From: Candidatus Woesearchaeota archaeon
GTDB lineage: Archaea > Nanobdellota > Nanobdellia > Pacearchaeales > GW2011-AR1
Length of the DNA stretch: 29,835 nt
Direction: 5' to 3'
NCBI GenBank assembly: GCA_964353375.1
Contig: CAYGVK010000001.1
Location: 315-30,149, forward strand
This document shows positions 16,798 to 26,162 of this stretch, piece after piece. The position numbers were made by a program, and so were the translations under genes. Each line of letters begins with the position of its first letter. The stretch's first letter is position 1. The notes under the pieces are model-generated. The model made no database searches. It was given only the letters and a program-made list of their open reading frames with translations, and had not been told where the DNA came from.

Positions 16798-18567
16798 ATG
16801 GTAACATATGACACTATTTATCCAGGAGCATCTTATTTTCTTGAACCTAATTATAATATCATAGGCTATAGAGTAAATCCAGGAGAAATAGGAGGAACAA
16901 CAAGTATACAAACAGCCAATCAATTAAAAGAAGTTACTAATTTATTAAATCAGGGTATGAAACAAACAGAACTTTCTGTGATTAATCCAGAAGTTTTTGA
17001 AATGATACCTAAAGGACAATTAAAAGAAATTGAAAGATTAAATAAATTAACAGGAGCACAATCTTCATTGCATGCACCTGTCATAGACCCTTCTGGATTT
17101 ACACAGCAAGGATGGAGTGAAGACAACAGAGAATCTGCAGAAAGACAATTTACAGATATTATAAAAAGAAGCCATGAAATTGACCCTAATGGAAGTATTC
17201 CTGTAACCATACATTCTTCTGGTATTTATGGAAGCGAGATGATTCCTGCAAAACAAGCTGAAAAGGCAGGATTATTATTGCCAGAAGAAAAAGAAAAAAA
17301 ACAAGTAATGCAGAGATTAATAGCAGTTGACCAGTCAACAGGACAGTTTATCCCATTAGAAAGAGAAAAAAGATGGTATCCAAGCATACCCCAAGGAGAA
17401 ATTTATACACCTGAACACGAATTAAAAATAGCAAATGACAGTTATTGGGATGAAAAACTATCTCAGTTGGTTTTTTATAAAGAAGGTGCTGACAAGCTTT
17501 TAAGAGATTTTTGGCCATTAGTTGCAACAACAAGTCCCCAAGATACTAAATTAACAGGTGAACAAATAGCAGCATGGAATAATATTGGAAATGCACAAAC
17601 TTATTTATCAAATGCATATAAATCAATTAATACATTATATAATCAGGCATATAAATATTCAGATGAACAAGGAAAACAAGCTCTATTAGGAGTTTCTAAA
17701 CAATTAGAAAAAGATTTTAAAAATGCTAATTTCAATGACCTAAGAAATGCAAGCAAATTCTCAGATACATTGCAAAAGGTGTTAAACAGCATGAAATTTA
17801 TAGCACAAACGCACACGCCTGAAATATATAAAAAAGCAGATGATTTTGCAAGAGAAAAAGCAAGTGAAACTTTTAGTTCAGTAGCTATAAATTCTTATAA
17901 AAAATTTGGGAATAAATCTCCTATTATAAGTATTGAAAATCCTCCCTATGGATTTGCAATTTCAAGCGGAGAAGAATTAAAAAATTTAGTTGAAGAAACA
18001 AGAAAAAAATTTGTAGATAAATTAGTTAAAGAAGGAAAATCAAAAACAGAGGCTGAAAATGCAGCTGAAAAATTAATAGGAGCAACATGGGATACTTCTC
18101 ATATAAATATGATTAGAAAACAGGGTTTTGGAAAAGAAAAAATTGTTGAAGAAACTAAAATAATTGCTCCTTATGTGAAACATGTTCATTTTAATGATAA
18201 TTTTGGTTCAACACATACTGACTTACCTCCTGGAATGGGCAATGTTCCTATGTCAGAAGTCATGCAAGAATTAGAAAAAAAGAAATTCAAAGGAAGAAAA
18301 ATAATGGAAGGAGGAGGATTTTTCCAGCATTTTCAAACATCTCCTTTTCCATATACATTAGAAACATCAGGAGGGCAAATTTATCAAGGAGGTCCTTATT
18401 GGAATCAGGCAATGTGGGGAATAGCTCCAACTTATATGGGGTTTGGCCCAATTAATCCTCAAATACATCATTCATTATATGGCTCTGGGTTTACAACTCT
18501 TCCTGTTGATTTAGGAGGAGAAATGCCAGGAGCACAAAGTAGGTTTTCAGGAGCACCTAATCAATAA
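16798..18567 (+). CDS. Xylose isomerase/AP endonuclease 2-like TIM-barrel protein with a large insertion
   Basis: SLHAP, ISIENP, WDTSH and HVHFNDN...DLPPGMGNVP are metal-binding motifs of this superfamily. Confidence 0.75.
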   Translation: MVTYDTIYPGASYFLEPNYNIIGYRVNPGEIGGTTSIQTANQLKEVTNLLNQGMKQTELSVINPEVFEMIPKGQLKEIERLNKLTGAQSSLHAPVIDPSGFTQQGWSEDNRESAERQFTDIIKRSHEIDPNGSIPVTIHSSGIYGSEMIPAKQAEKAGLLLPEEKEKKQVMQRLIAVDQSTGQFIPLEREKRWYPSIPQGEIYTPEHELKIANDSYWDEKLSQLVFYKEGADKLLRDFWPLVATTSPQDTKLTGEQIAAWNNIGNAQTYLSNAYKSINTLYNQAYKYSDEQGKQALLGVSKQLEKDFKNANFNDLRNASKFSDTLQKVLNSMKFIAQTHTPEIYKKADDFAREKASETFSSVAINSYKKFGNKSPIISIENPPYGFAISSGEELKNLVEETRKKFVDKLVKEGKSKTEAENAAEKLIGATWDTSHINMIRKQGFGKEKIVEETKIIAPYVKHVHFNDNFGSTHTDLPPGMGNVPMSEVMQELEKKKFKGRKIMEGGGFFQHFQTSPFPYTLETSGGQIYQGGPYWNQAMWGIAPTYMGFGPINPQIHHSLYGSGFTTLPVDLGGEMPGAQSRFSGAPNQ

Positions 18568-18787
18568 TCAATTGCCCAAAATAAAAATAATTAATATAAT
18601 AAATAATTAAAAATCTAAAATATAATCGAGAGAGAAAAAGTTAAGCAGTATCACATAACAATGCTTAATATTAACAATAAAAGATAATTTTTAAAAGCAG
18701 AGCCGAGTAGCAATATATAATATTAATAAAGAATAAAAGATAAAGATTTAAAAACAAAAACAAACTTATAATAAAAAAGAGGATAAG

Positions 18788-19630
18788 ATGAAATTAAAAA
18801 AAACACACAAAAAGAAATCTGCAACAAATAAAATCTCTAGAAAAAATTTATCAACATTGCAGTTTAAAACAGAAAGAGACATTGCAATGGATTTTGCAAT
18901 AAAAGTTTATAGAAAATTTGACAAGCTTGTTAAATCAATAATTTTATTTGGCTCATCTGCAAAACATGTAGCTGTTCCTGGCTCTGATATCGATATTATT
19001 ATAATAATAGATGATGCCTCAATTAAATTTGATGAAAAAATAATTTTCTGGTATAGAGAAGAGCTTGCAAATATAATAAAAGAAAATCCATATAAAAAAG
19101 ATCTGCATATTAACACAGTAAAACTCTCTACTTGGTGGAAAGATTTAACAAAAGGAGACCCTACTGTTATTAATATTATAAGATACGGAGAAACATTAAT
19201 TGATTTTGGAGGATTTTTCAATCCATTAAAAATTTTATTAGAGCAAGGACTTATAAGACCGACACCTGAATCAATTTACAATGCTTTAAACAGAGTTCCA
19301 TTTCATATAATGACAAGCAAACAATCTGAAATAAGTGCTATTGAGGGTTCATATTGGGCTTTTGTAGATACTGCCCAGTCTTTGTTAATGGCAAGAAAAG
19401 TATTGCCTCCAAGTCCAGAACATATAGCTATTCTTTTAAAAGAAAATTTTGTTGATACTAACTTGTTAAAAATGAAATATGTTGTATGGTACAGAGATAT
19501 TTATGACTTGCATAGAAAAGTTATGCATGGAGAAATCAAAGATATAAGGGGAACAATAATTGATGAATGGCAAGACAGAGCAGAAGAATTTCTTAATATA
19601 GCTTTAAAATTAATCAAAAAATTGATTTAA
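18788..19630 (+). CDS. Minimal nucleotidyltransferase (Pol beta superfamily) fused to a HEPN-like domain
   Basis: ILFGSSAK...SDIDIIIIIDD, followed by a helical C-terminal domain ending LHRKVMHG. Confidence 0.8.
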   Translation: MKLKKTHKKKSATNKISRKNLSTLQFKTERDIAMDFAIKVYRKFDKLVKSIILFGSSAKHVAVPGSDIDIIIIIDDASIKFDEKIIFWYREELANIIKENPYKKDLHINTVKLSTWWKDLTKGDPTVINIIRYGETLIDFGGFFNPLKILLEQGLIRPTPESIYNALNRVPFHIMTSKQSEISAIEGSYWAFVDTAQSLLMARKVLPPSPEHIAILLKENFVDTNLLKMKYVVWYRDIYDLHRKVMHGEIKDIRGTIIDEWQDRAEEFLNIALKLIKKLI

Positions 19631-19651
19631 ATAAAAAAATTTAAATTAAAA

Positions 19652-20215
19652 CTATTGAGGATGTTGTTCAGCTGGTTTTGGAAATAAACCTTCTAATCCT
19701 GCAGCTGTATATTTTGATACTAAATCTGCTTGCATTCTTGAATCAAATTTATAATTTTCAAGTATGTTAACAGCATCTGATACTTTTTTTGCTTTGTTTC
19801 TTCCTTCTTCTGGCTTTGTATTATCATCAATATATTTCACTAAATCTTTATATTTTATATTTCCAAATTCATTTATTGCACTTGACACATGAGCAGGTAA
19901 TTCATATCCTGAGCTTGCAACTATATCTGCAACTGTTGACTCACCAAATGCCTCATTATATTTATTAGAATAAACTGAGATAGCTTTCATTACTCCTTCA
20001 TTAGTTATATGTCCTGCTTGAAGTCCACCTTGAGCTTCTGCAAAAGCAGAATTTAATATAGGATCATCATCTAAACCAAATTGAAGATAATGTTCTCTCA
20101 TTGCTGGTAAAACTAGATTTTTTTGTCTTCCTAAATTTCTAGCAGCAAACATAGCCCATTGATTTTTTAACAATTCACTAGTATTTGCTAATTGTTCAAG
20201 ATTCCTTTTTGCCAT
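19652..20215 (-). CDS. Hypothetical protein
   Basis: 187-aa ORF with TTTATAAA about 28 nt upstream. Confidence 0.75.
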   Translation of the reverse strand: MAKRNLEQLANTSELLKNQWAMFAARNLGRQKNLVLPAMREHYLQFGLDDDPILNSAFAEAQGGLQAGHITNEGVMKAISVYSNKYNEAFGESTVADIVASSGYELPAHVSSAINEFGNIKYKDLVKYIDDNTKPEEGRNKAKKVSDAVNILENYKFDSRMQADLVSKYTAAGLEGLFPKPAEQHPQ

Positions 20216-20303
20216 CTTAATATTTTCAATATCTCCCCCTTTATAAACCTTTCTATATAATGTTATTTAGTAGTAGTAACAAAAACTAAAGATAGAGGTT
20301 TAT

Positions 20304-23081
20304 CTAAAATACCTCACTAAACTCATCTTTATCTTCATCATCAAACTTATATTTATAATCTTCATATCTGTCTTTTAAAGGTTCATCTGTATTATAAACG
20401 CCAATATTTAGTTTATCTTCTGACATATATTCGTTTTCTTTTGTTTCTTGTTGTTCTTCCTTATATTCATTATTTTTTTCTTCACTTTCTTGCTCTTTTT
20501 CCTCTTCTCTATCCTCATCAATATCTTCATTTTCATCACTATATTTTCTTTTATTTTCTTCATATGGTCTTTGTTTAAAATTATCAATCTCAGATCTTCC
20601 AAATCTGTCTTCATACATATCTTTTATTAATAATGAAACATCATAAGCAGCATCTGCATTAACAGAAATTGAATTTATTCCTTTTCTTATTAAAAATTTA
20701 ACCATATCTCTGTTACTTCCTGCCTGCCCGCATATACTTGACTCAACTTTATTTCTTCTGCATGAACCTAAAACTCTTTTAATCAAAGATAAAACACCTG
20801 GATGCATTTCATTGTATAAATACTGAACCTCTTCATTATTTCTGTCAATTGCTAATGTAAACTGTGTTAAATCATTTGTTCCAAAACTTATAAATTTAAC
20901 TTCATTGCATATTTCATCTATAACCATGCATGCAGAAGGAGTTTCAATCATAGCACCTATTTCCATATTAGAAGTTTTAAATTTATTAAAGACTTGTTTT
21001 GCTTTTTTAATTTCTTCAATTGAAATTACCTGAGGAAACATTACTCCAAATTTTTTATTAGTATATTTTAAAGCTATATTTTTTATGGCTTGAAGTTCTG
21101 CTTCAAATAATTTTAAATGTTTTAAGCTAAATCTTATTCCATGATTTCCTAACATTGGATTAAGTTCTCTTTCTTTAGGTGCTCCTTCTAAAGTTGAATA
21201 TTCATCACTTCTTATATCAGAAGTTCTTATCCATATTGAATTAAAGAATTCAGAGATTTTTCCAATTCCATGTTCTAATATTTTAGTATATTCATCTAAT
21301 TTTCCGGATTTTTCAAACATTAAAGGGTGTTTTCCTGAACTTGCAATTATTCCTTCTAATCTTAATAATCCTATTGAATCAATTCCAGTTTGAGCAGCCC
21401 TTTCAGCAAAATCAGGTATATCTAAAATTAATTTTAATTTTATTCTTGATTGTGATTTAACAATTGGCTTTATTTCAGCAAAACTTGTCTTTGCAACTTC
21501 TCCTTCATATATTTTTCCTGCTTTACCATCAACTGTGATTTTCATTCCATCTTTTAAGATTTTAGTTGCTTTATCTGTTCCAACAACAGCAGGAATTCCC
21601 ATTTCTCTGCTTACTATTGAAGCATGTGAAGTTAATCCGCCCTCATCTGTAACAATAGCATTAGCTTTTTGCATACTGACAACCATATCAGGATTTGTCA
21701 TTTTTGTAACTAAAACATCTCCTTTTTTTATTTTATCTAAATCAGCCATTGTATTAACAATTTTAACAATTCCAACACCTATTCCAGGACTTGCTCCTAA
21801 ACCCTGCAAAATCACAGCTCCTTGGATACTTACTCTTTCTGTTTTTTTATCTAAAGTTGTGATTGGTCTCGACTGCAAAATATAAATGTCATCATTTTCA
21901 ACTGCAAACTCGATATCCTGGGGTTTTTTAAAATAATCTTCTATTTTTTTAGCATAATCCCCTAATTCAAGCAAATGTGCATTTGACAAAACTCTTGAAT
22001 TTGCTTTTTCATGATTTAATGTAACCTGTTCTGTTTCCCCGCTTCCTGTTCTTATAATTGCTATTTTTTTATTTCTTATTTTAATATCTTTAATTTTTAA
22101 ATCTCTTGAAATCACATAACCATCTGGATTTATTCTTCCTGAAACAACTCCCTCTCCTAAACCAAAAACAGCCTCAATAACAATCTCATCATTTAAAGTT
22201 ACAGGGTCTCTTGAAAATATTACTCCTGACTTATCTGAATTAATCATCTTTTGAACAATAGCCGCCAAACTGCTTGTTTTATCAAATCCTTTCTTACTTC
22301 TATAATAAAGAGCTCTTGCAGTATAAAGAGAAGCAAAACATTTTTTTACATTTTCAATCAAACTTCTATCTCCTTTAACATTAAGAAAACTTTCTTGCTG
22401 TCCTGCAAAACTTGCATCTGCTAAATCCTCTGTTGTAGCTGAACTTCTAACAGAAACAAAAATAGGCTCATATGTATTTTTTAAAATAGTAAGTGCATCT
22501 TCTGAAATATTTCTATCAATTTTTTCAGTACTCAACATATTATAGGCTTCTAAAATTTCCTGCCTCATTTTTTCAGGCATTTTTTGATTAATAATAAGTT
22601 CTCTAATCTCTTGTGTTTTTGAATTAAGTTCATCTATATTTTCTAAATCAATTGATTCTATTATTATTTGGATTTTTTCATTTAAATTACCAAAAGAAAG
22701 AAAATCATCAAAAGCTTTTGTTGTTATAACAAATCCAGGAGGAACAGGTAATTTTAATTTAAACATAATTCCTAAATTCTCTGCTTTTCCTCCAACTTCT
22801 CTAATATCTCCTTTTTTAATTTCATAAAACCATTTTATATATTTACCATTTCCAAAAACATCATTTTTGTTTTTGTCTTTAATGTTTTTGTCTTTATCTC
22901 TCTTATAATTATCAGTATCTATTAAATCTCTCGAAGTTTTGTTGCTTAAGCTACCTTTTTGTGTATCTTGATTATTTTTAGGATTACTGGTTTCAATATC
23001 ATCAAAATTAGAATTAAGCAAATCATCAGCAGTAAATTTATTATGATTATCCAAAGCATCTTTTATTAATCCACCTAACAT
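20304..23081 (-). CDS. ppsA: Phosphoenolpyruvate synthase (pyruvate, water dikinase) with N- and C-terminal low-complexity extensions
   Basis: VGGKA, VSVRSSA, SFAGQ, ILQSRPITT, GGLTSHASIVSRE (phospho-His), SFGTNDLTQ and SICGQ; AAGGTGA SD upstream. Confidence 0.95.
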   Translation of the reverse strand: MLGGLIKDALDNHNKFTADDLLNSNFDDIETSNPKNNQDTQKGSLSNKTSRDLIDTDNYKRDKDKNIKDKNKNDVFGNGKYIKWFYEIKKGDIREVGGKAENLGIMFKLKLPVPPGFVITTKAFDDFLSFGNLNEKIQIIIESIDLENIDELNSKTQEIRELIINQKMPEKMRQEILEAYNMLSTEKIDRNISEDALTILKNTYEPIFVSVRSSATTEDLADASFAGQQESFLNVKGDRSLIENVKKCFASLYTARALYYRSKKGFDKTSSLAAIVQKMINSDKSGVIFSRDPVTLNDEIVIEAVFGLGEGVVSGRINPDGYVISRDLKIKDIKIRNKKIAIIRTGSGETEQVTLNHEKANSRVLSNAHLLELGDYAKKIEDYFKKPQDIEFAVENDDIYILQSRPITTLDKKTERVSIQGAVILQGLGASPGIGVGIVKIVNTMADLDKIKKGDVLVTKMTNPDMVVSMQKANAIVTDEGGLTSHASIVSREMGIPAVVGTDKATKILKDGMKITVDGKAGKIYEGEVAKTSFAEIKPIVKSQSRIKLKLILDIPDFAERAAQTGIDSIGLLRLEGIIASSGKHPLMFEKSGKLDEYTKILEHGIGKISEFFNSIWIRTSDIRSDEYSTLEGAPKERELNPMLGNHGIRFSLKHLKLFEAELQAIKNIALKYTNKKFGVMFPQVISIEEIKKAKQVFNKFKTSNMEIGAMIETPSACMVIDEICNEVKFISFGTNDLTQFTLAIDRNNEEVQYLYNEMHPGVLSLIKRVLGSCRRNKVESSICGQAGSNRDMVKFLIRKGINSISVNADAAYDVSLLIKDMYEDRFGRSEIDNFKQRPYEENKRKYSDENEDIDEDREEEKEQESEEKNNEYKEEQQETKENEYMSEDKLNIGVYNTDEPLKDRYEDYKYKFDDEDKDEFSEVF

Positions 23082-23199
23082 CTTTCACCTTTTTTAAATT
23101 TCAACTTATTTTTTATTTATTTTCATTTATTCCAAGAAAAATCGAGATTATTATTTAAATGTTGTTGTGATAGAATGAGAGATTTAATGAAACCTTAAT

Positions 23200-23245
23200 A
23201 ACAAGCTCGCTTCGCGCTCCTGCGCATCGCGCTCGCTCGCTTGTT
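23200..23245. other. GC-rich inverted-repeat (REP-like) element in the ppsA/tRNA-Gly spacer
   Basis: Terminal inverted repeat aacaagc...gcttgtt; 27 of 36 nt at 23205-23240 are G/C; the minus strand contains GCGAAGC. Confidence 0.6.
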
Positions 23246-23398
23246 TAAGATACCCTGCTCCATAATCTCCTCTTGCTCGATTATTTCGCAGTTATTTATA
23301 ATATTATTAATAATAAAATAAAGCAATAGAAAGAAAAAGTATCAGCGAGACATAAAGTAAATAAGATTAAATATCTAAGATATTTATAATTTAAACAT

Positions 23399-23469
23399 GC
23401 GCTAGTAGTTTATCGGTAGAATAAAACCTTCCCAAGGTTTAGAGCCGGGTTCAATTCCCGGCTGGCGCA
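23399..23469 (+). tRNA. tRNA-Gly (CCC), no encoded CCA
   Basis: Acceptor GCGCTAG/CTGGCGC, anticodon arm AAACC-TTCCCAA-GGTTT, T arm CCGGG-TTCAATT-CCCGG, discriminator A. Confidence 0.95.
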
Positions 23470-23475
23470 TTTTTA

Positions 23476-23649
23476 TTAATGACATTCATATTCAACAATA
23501 CCAGAACATGATGCTTGATATTGCGGTGAAAAACCAGGGGCATGATAACTAATCATATCTTTAATACCATAATTAGAATTTGGTCTTGCAAGTGAATAAC
23601 TAGTTCCTTTTCCTTCTGGTATAGGCATTGATATTGGTTTTCCTATCAT
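23476..23649 (-). CDS. Small hypothetical protein (57 aa) downstream of metG
   Basis: Translated by hand as MIGKPISMPIPEGKGTSYSLARPNSNYGIKDMISYHAPGFSPQYQASCSGIVEYECH. It starts 6 nt after the metG stop and fills the gap to the tRNA. Confidence 0.5.
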   Translation of the reverse strand: MIGKPISMPIPEGKGTSYSLARPNSNYGIKDMISYHAPGFSPQYQASCSGIVEYECH

Positions 23650-23655
23650 TTTATC

Positions 23656-25065
23656 TCAAATCTTCTTAAATAAAATTTCACTCTTTTTAATCTTTTTTAT
23701 TTTAATTGGCTTGTTAATCTCATCAAAACTCATTTTAAAACCAAGCAATTTTGCAATCTTTTCAGATGTTTCAGGAATAAAAGGAAATAATAAAATTGCA
23801 ATTGCTTTAATGCTGTCAATTAATTCATATAATTTCTTTTTATCATGACTTTCCCATAATTTATTTTCCTGGACATATAAATTACATTTATCAATAAACT
23901 CAAAAATCTTATCTAAAACAATATTAAGCTTAAACTCATCAAAAAGCTTGCTGATTTCTCTTAAATTAAGCTTTTTCAAAAGATTATTTTCGCATTTTTC
24001 AATACCGTACTTTTCAGCTAAAGCTGTAACTCTTGATACAAGATTTCCTAATTTATCAGCTAATTCATTATTCCTTTTAATTAAAATTTCCTCACTATAA
24101 TCAGAATCATCAAAAACAGAGCATTTTAATAAAGAATATCTCAAACTATCGCTTGAATATTTTTTCAATAAATCCAAAGGATTAATTACATTACCCTTTG
24201 TTTTTGATATTTTTTCTCCTTTTAAATTTAAATAACCATGAACTAAAAGTTTTTTTGGAAGTTCATAATCTGCTGATAAAAGGATTGCAGGCCAAATTAC
24301 AGAATGAAACCAATTAATTCCCTTGCCTATTACATGAACATCAGCAGGCCAATTTCCATTGCTTCCTGTTATATAATTTACAAGAGCATCCAGCCAAACA
24401 TAGATTTTGAATTTTTTATCAATAGGAGAATCAATTCCCCATTCTAAATTACTACGAGAAACACATAAATCTTTTAATTCTTCATTTTTTAATCTAGATA
24501 ATATTTCATTTTTTCTTGTTTCAGGAACAATATAATTTTCAACAAACTTAATTAATTTATTTTTATACTTGCTTAGTCTAAAAAAATAAGCTTGTTCAGA
24601 ACACCATTCTGGTTTTTCATTATGTTCAGGACATTTTCCATTAACTAATTCTTTTTCAGTAATAAAAGCCTCACAACCATTGCAATAATAACCTTCATAT
24701 TTTCCTTTGTAAATCTCTCCTTTATCATAAACTTTTTTAAAAATCTTTTGAGCTAAAATAACATGTCTTTTTTCAGTTGTTCTTATAAAATCATTATTGC
24801 TTATATTAAGTTTCTTGCATAATTCAATAAATATTTTAGAGTTTTTATCTACAAATTGCTTAATTGGAATTCCTACTATTTCAGCAGCCCTAACATTTTT
24901 CTGGGCATTTTCATCTGTTCCTGTTAAAAACCAAACTTTTTCTCCTTTCAGAACATGCCATCTTGCTATAGCATCAGCTATAACTTTTTCAAATGCATGC
25001 CCTATGTGGGGGCTAGCATTTACATAATCAATTGCAGTTGTGATGTAAAATTTTTTTGATGTCAT
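23656..25065 (-). CDS. metG: Methionine--tRNA ligase (short form, no C-terminal dimerisation domain)
   Basis: FYITTAIDYVNASPHIGH, TGTDE, zinc knuckle CNGC...CPEH, YVWLDAL and KISKTKGN (KMSKS). Confidence 0.97.
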   Translation of the reverse strand: MTSKKFYITTAIDYVNASPHIGHAFEKVIADAIARWHVLKGEKVWFLTGTDENAQKNVRAAEIVGIPIKQFVDKNSKIFIELCKKLNISNNDFIRTTEKRHVILAQKIFKKVYDKGEIYKGKYEGYYCNGCEAFITEKELVNGKCPEHNEKPEWCSEQAYFFRLSKYKNKLIKFVENYIVPETRKNEILSRLKNEELKDLCVSRSNLEWGIDSPIDKKFKIYVWLDALVNYITGSNGNWPADVHVIGKGINWFHSVIWPAILLSADYELPKKLLVHGYLNLKGEKISKTKGNVINPLDLLKKYSSDSLRYSLLKCSVFDDSDYSEEILIKRNNELADKLGNLVSRVTALAEKYGIEKCENNLLKKLNLREISKLFDEFKLNIVLDKIFEFIDKCNLYVQENKLWESHDKKKLYELIDSIKAIAILLFPFIPETSEKIAKLLGFKMSFDEINKPIKIKKIKKSEILFKKI

Positions 25066-25105
25066 AATTAGTTTAGAAATAGTGAATATAAAAAACTAAC
25101 CTTTC

Positions 25106-25453
25106 TTAAAGCTTGCCAGAAGATACTTTGTTAATAAGATCATTCCAATCATTTGGATCTTGTCTAGGTTTAAGTCTTCTATCCTCACCTTTAACTTTTC
25201 CTTGATATATCTTAGAAAAATCTGGTTCAAGAACAGGAGAAACTAGCTCCCACAATTCATAATGCAAGCCAGCAGAATTACGAATCATTCCACAAGCGAT
25301 TCTTCTTTCATCAATTACAGGCTTTAACTGCATTCTCAATCTTTGCATAATTATCTCTATTTCCCTAGTAACATTAACAATTAAAATATTATATGTATGT
25401 CTTTCAGGATTAGCTTCAGATTCTCTATACCAAAGAAACTGTTTATCTATCAT
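25106..25453 (-). CDS. Hypothetical protein
   Basis: 115-aa ORF co-oriented between rpl10e and metG. Confidence 0.65.
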   Translation of the reverse strand: MIDKQFLWYRESEANPERHTYNILIVNVTREIEIIMQRLRMQLKPVIDERRIACGMIRNSAGLHYELWELVSPVLEPDFSKIYQGKVKGEDRRLKPRQDPNDWNDLINKVSSGKL

Positions 25454-25485
25454 TAATCTATCAAAAAATTATATATTATAAACAT

Positions 25486-26037
25486 TTATATACTATGTTT
25501 CAAGAACTCAAAATTAACTTTTGTTTTACCAGGAAGTTTAGGTGTTGCCTTTTTAAAACCTAATCTTAGTTTATGAATTGCATTTTTATCATTAAAATAA
25601 ACTGAAAAAATAGGCTTTCCTCTTTTTACTACAGCTGCTCTTCCTTCTGGAGTTCCAAAACTCTGCCTCATACCTGTCTGAACTCTTTCACCCTTGCTTG
25701 CTCCTGAAAAAACCCTGTTATTTCTTAATATATTGTGCGGATAAGGATGAACTTTTAAAAAAAAGTTTTTCTGAAATAATTTTTGTAAATCTTTATTCAA
25801 AGATTGCCTTGCTGCCTCTAATGCCATGTCTCTTATCTGTATATTTTCATCGCAATAAATTATTCCTTTTATTTCAAATTGCCCCTTTTCAAATTTCTGA
25901 ACATTTCCAACATTAAATTTTTTAACTTTTTGCTGCGGAACAGATTTTACATAACTATATTTTTTAACTTTAGACTTCCTAGTATTTATAACAGGTTTTC
26001 TTTTTGAATATGCTGATGCTTTTCTTGCTTTTGCCAT
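25486..26037 (-). CDS. rpl10e: 50S ribosomal protein L10e (uL16)
   Basis: MALEAARQ, KVHPYPHNILR and TGMRQSFGTPEGRAA match archaeal/eukaryotic uL16. Confidence 0.92.
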   Translation of the reverse strand: MAKARKASAYSKRKPVINTRKSKVKKYSYVKSVPQQKVKKFNVGNVQKFEKGQFEIKGIIYCDENIQIRDMALEAARQSLNKDLQKLFQKNFFLKVHPYPHNILRNNRVFSGASKGERVQTGMRQSFGTPEGRAAVVKRGKPIFSVYFNDKNAIHKLRLGFKKATPKLPGKTKVNFEFLKHSI

Positions 26038-26053
26038 TTTTATTCTTTATTTT

Positions 26054-26096
26054 ATTAATCATTAATATATAATTTTCCTTGCTTATTACTCGACTC
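26054..26096 (-). repeat. Dispersed intergenic repeat family 1, copy D
   Basis: The minus strand reads gagtcgagtaataagcaaggaaaattatatattaatgattaat, upstream of rpl10e. Confidence 0.75.
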
Positions 26097-26162
26097 TTCT
26101 CTTGCTTACTAGTTATTTGTTATAATATATTATTGATATATTTAATTATTTATTTTTATAGT

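Noticed and set aside
23100-23398. SRP RNA or RNase P RNA in the ppsA-tRNA spacer
   Set aside because: The GC-rich part is only about 45 nt and no SRP helix 8 or RNase P P4 consensus was recognisable.
3440-26160. Dispersed ~36-nt repeats as a possible CRISPR array
   Set aside because: The copies are kilobases apart, not tandem with spacers, and no cas genes are present.
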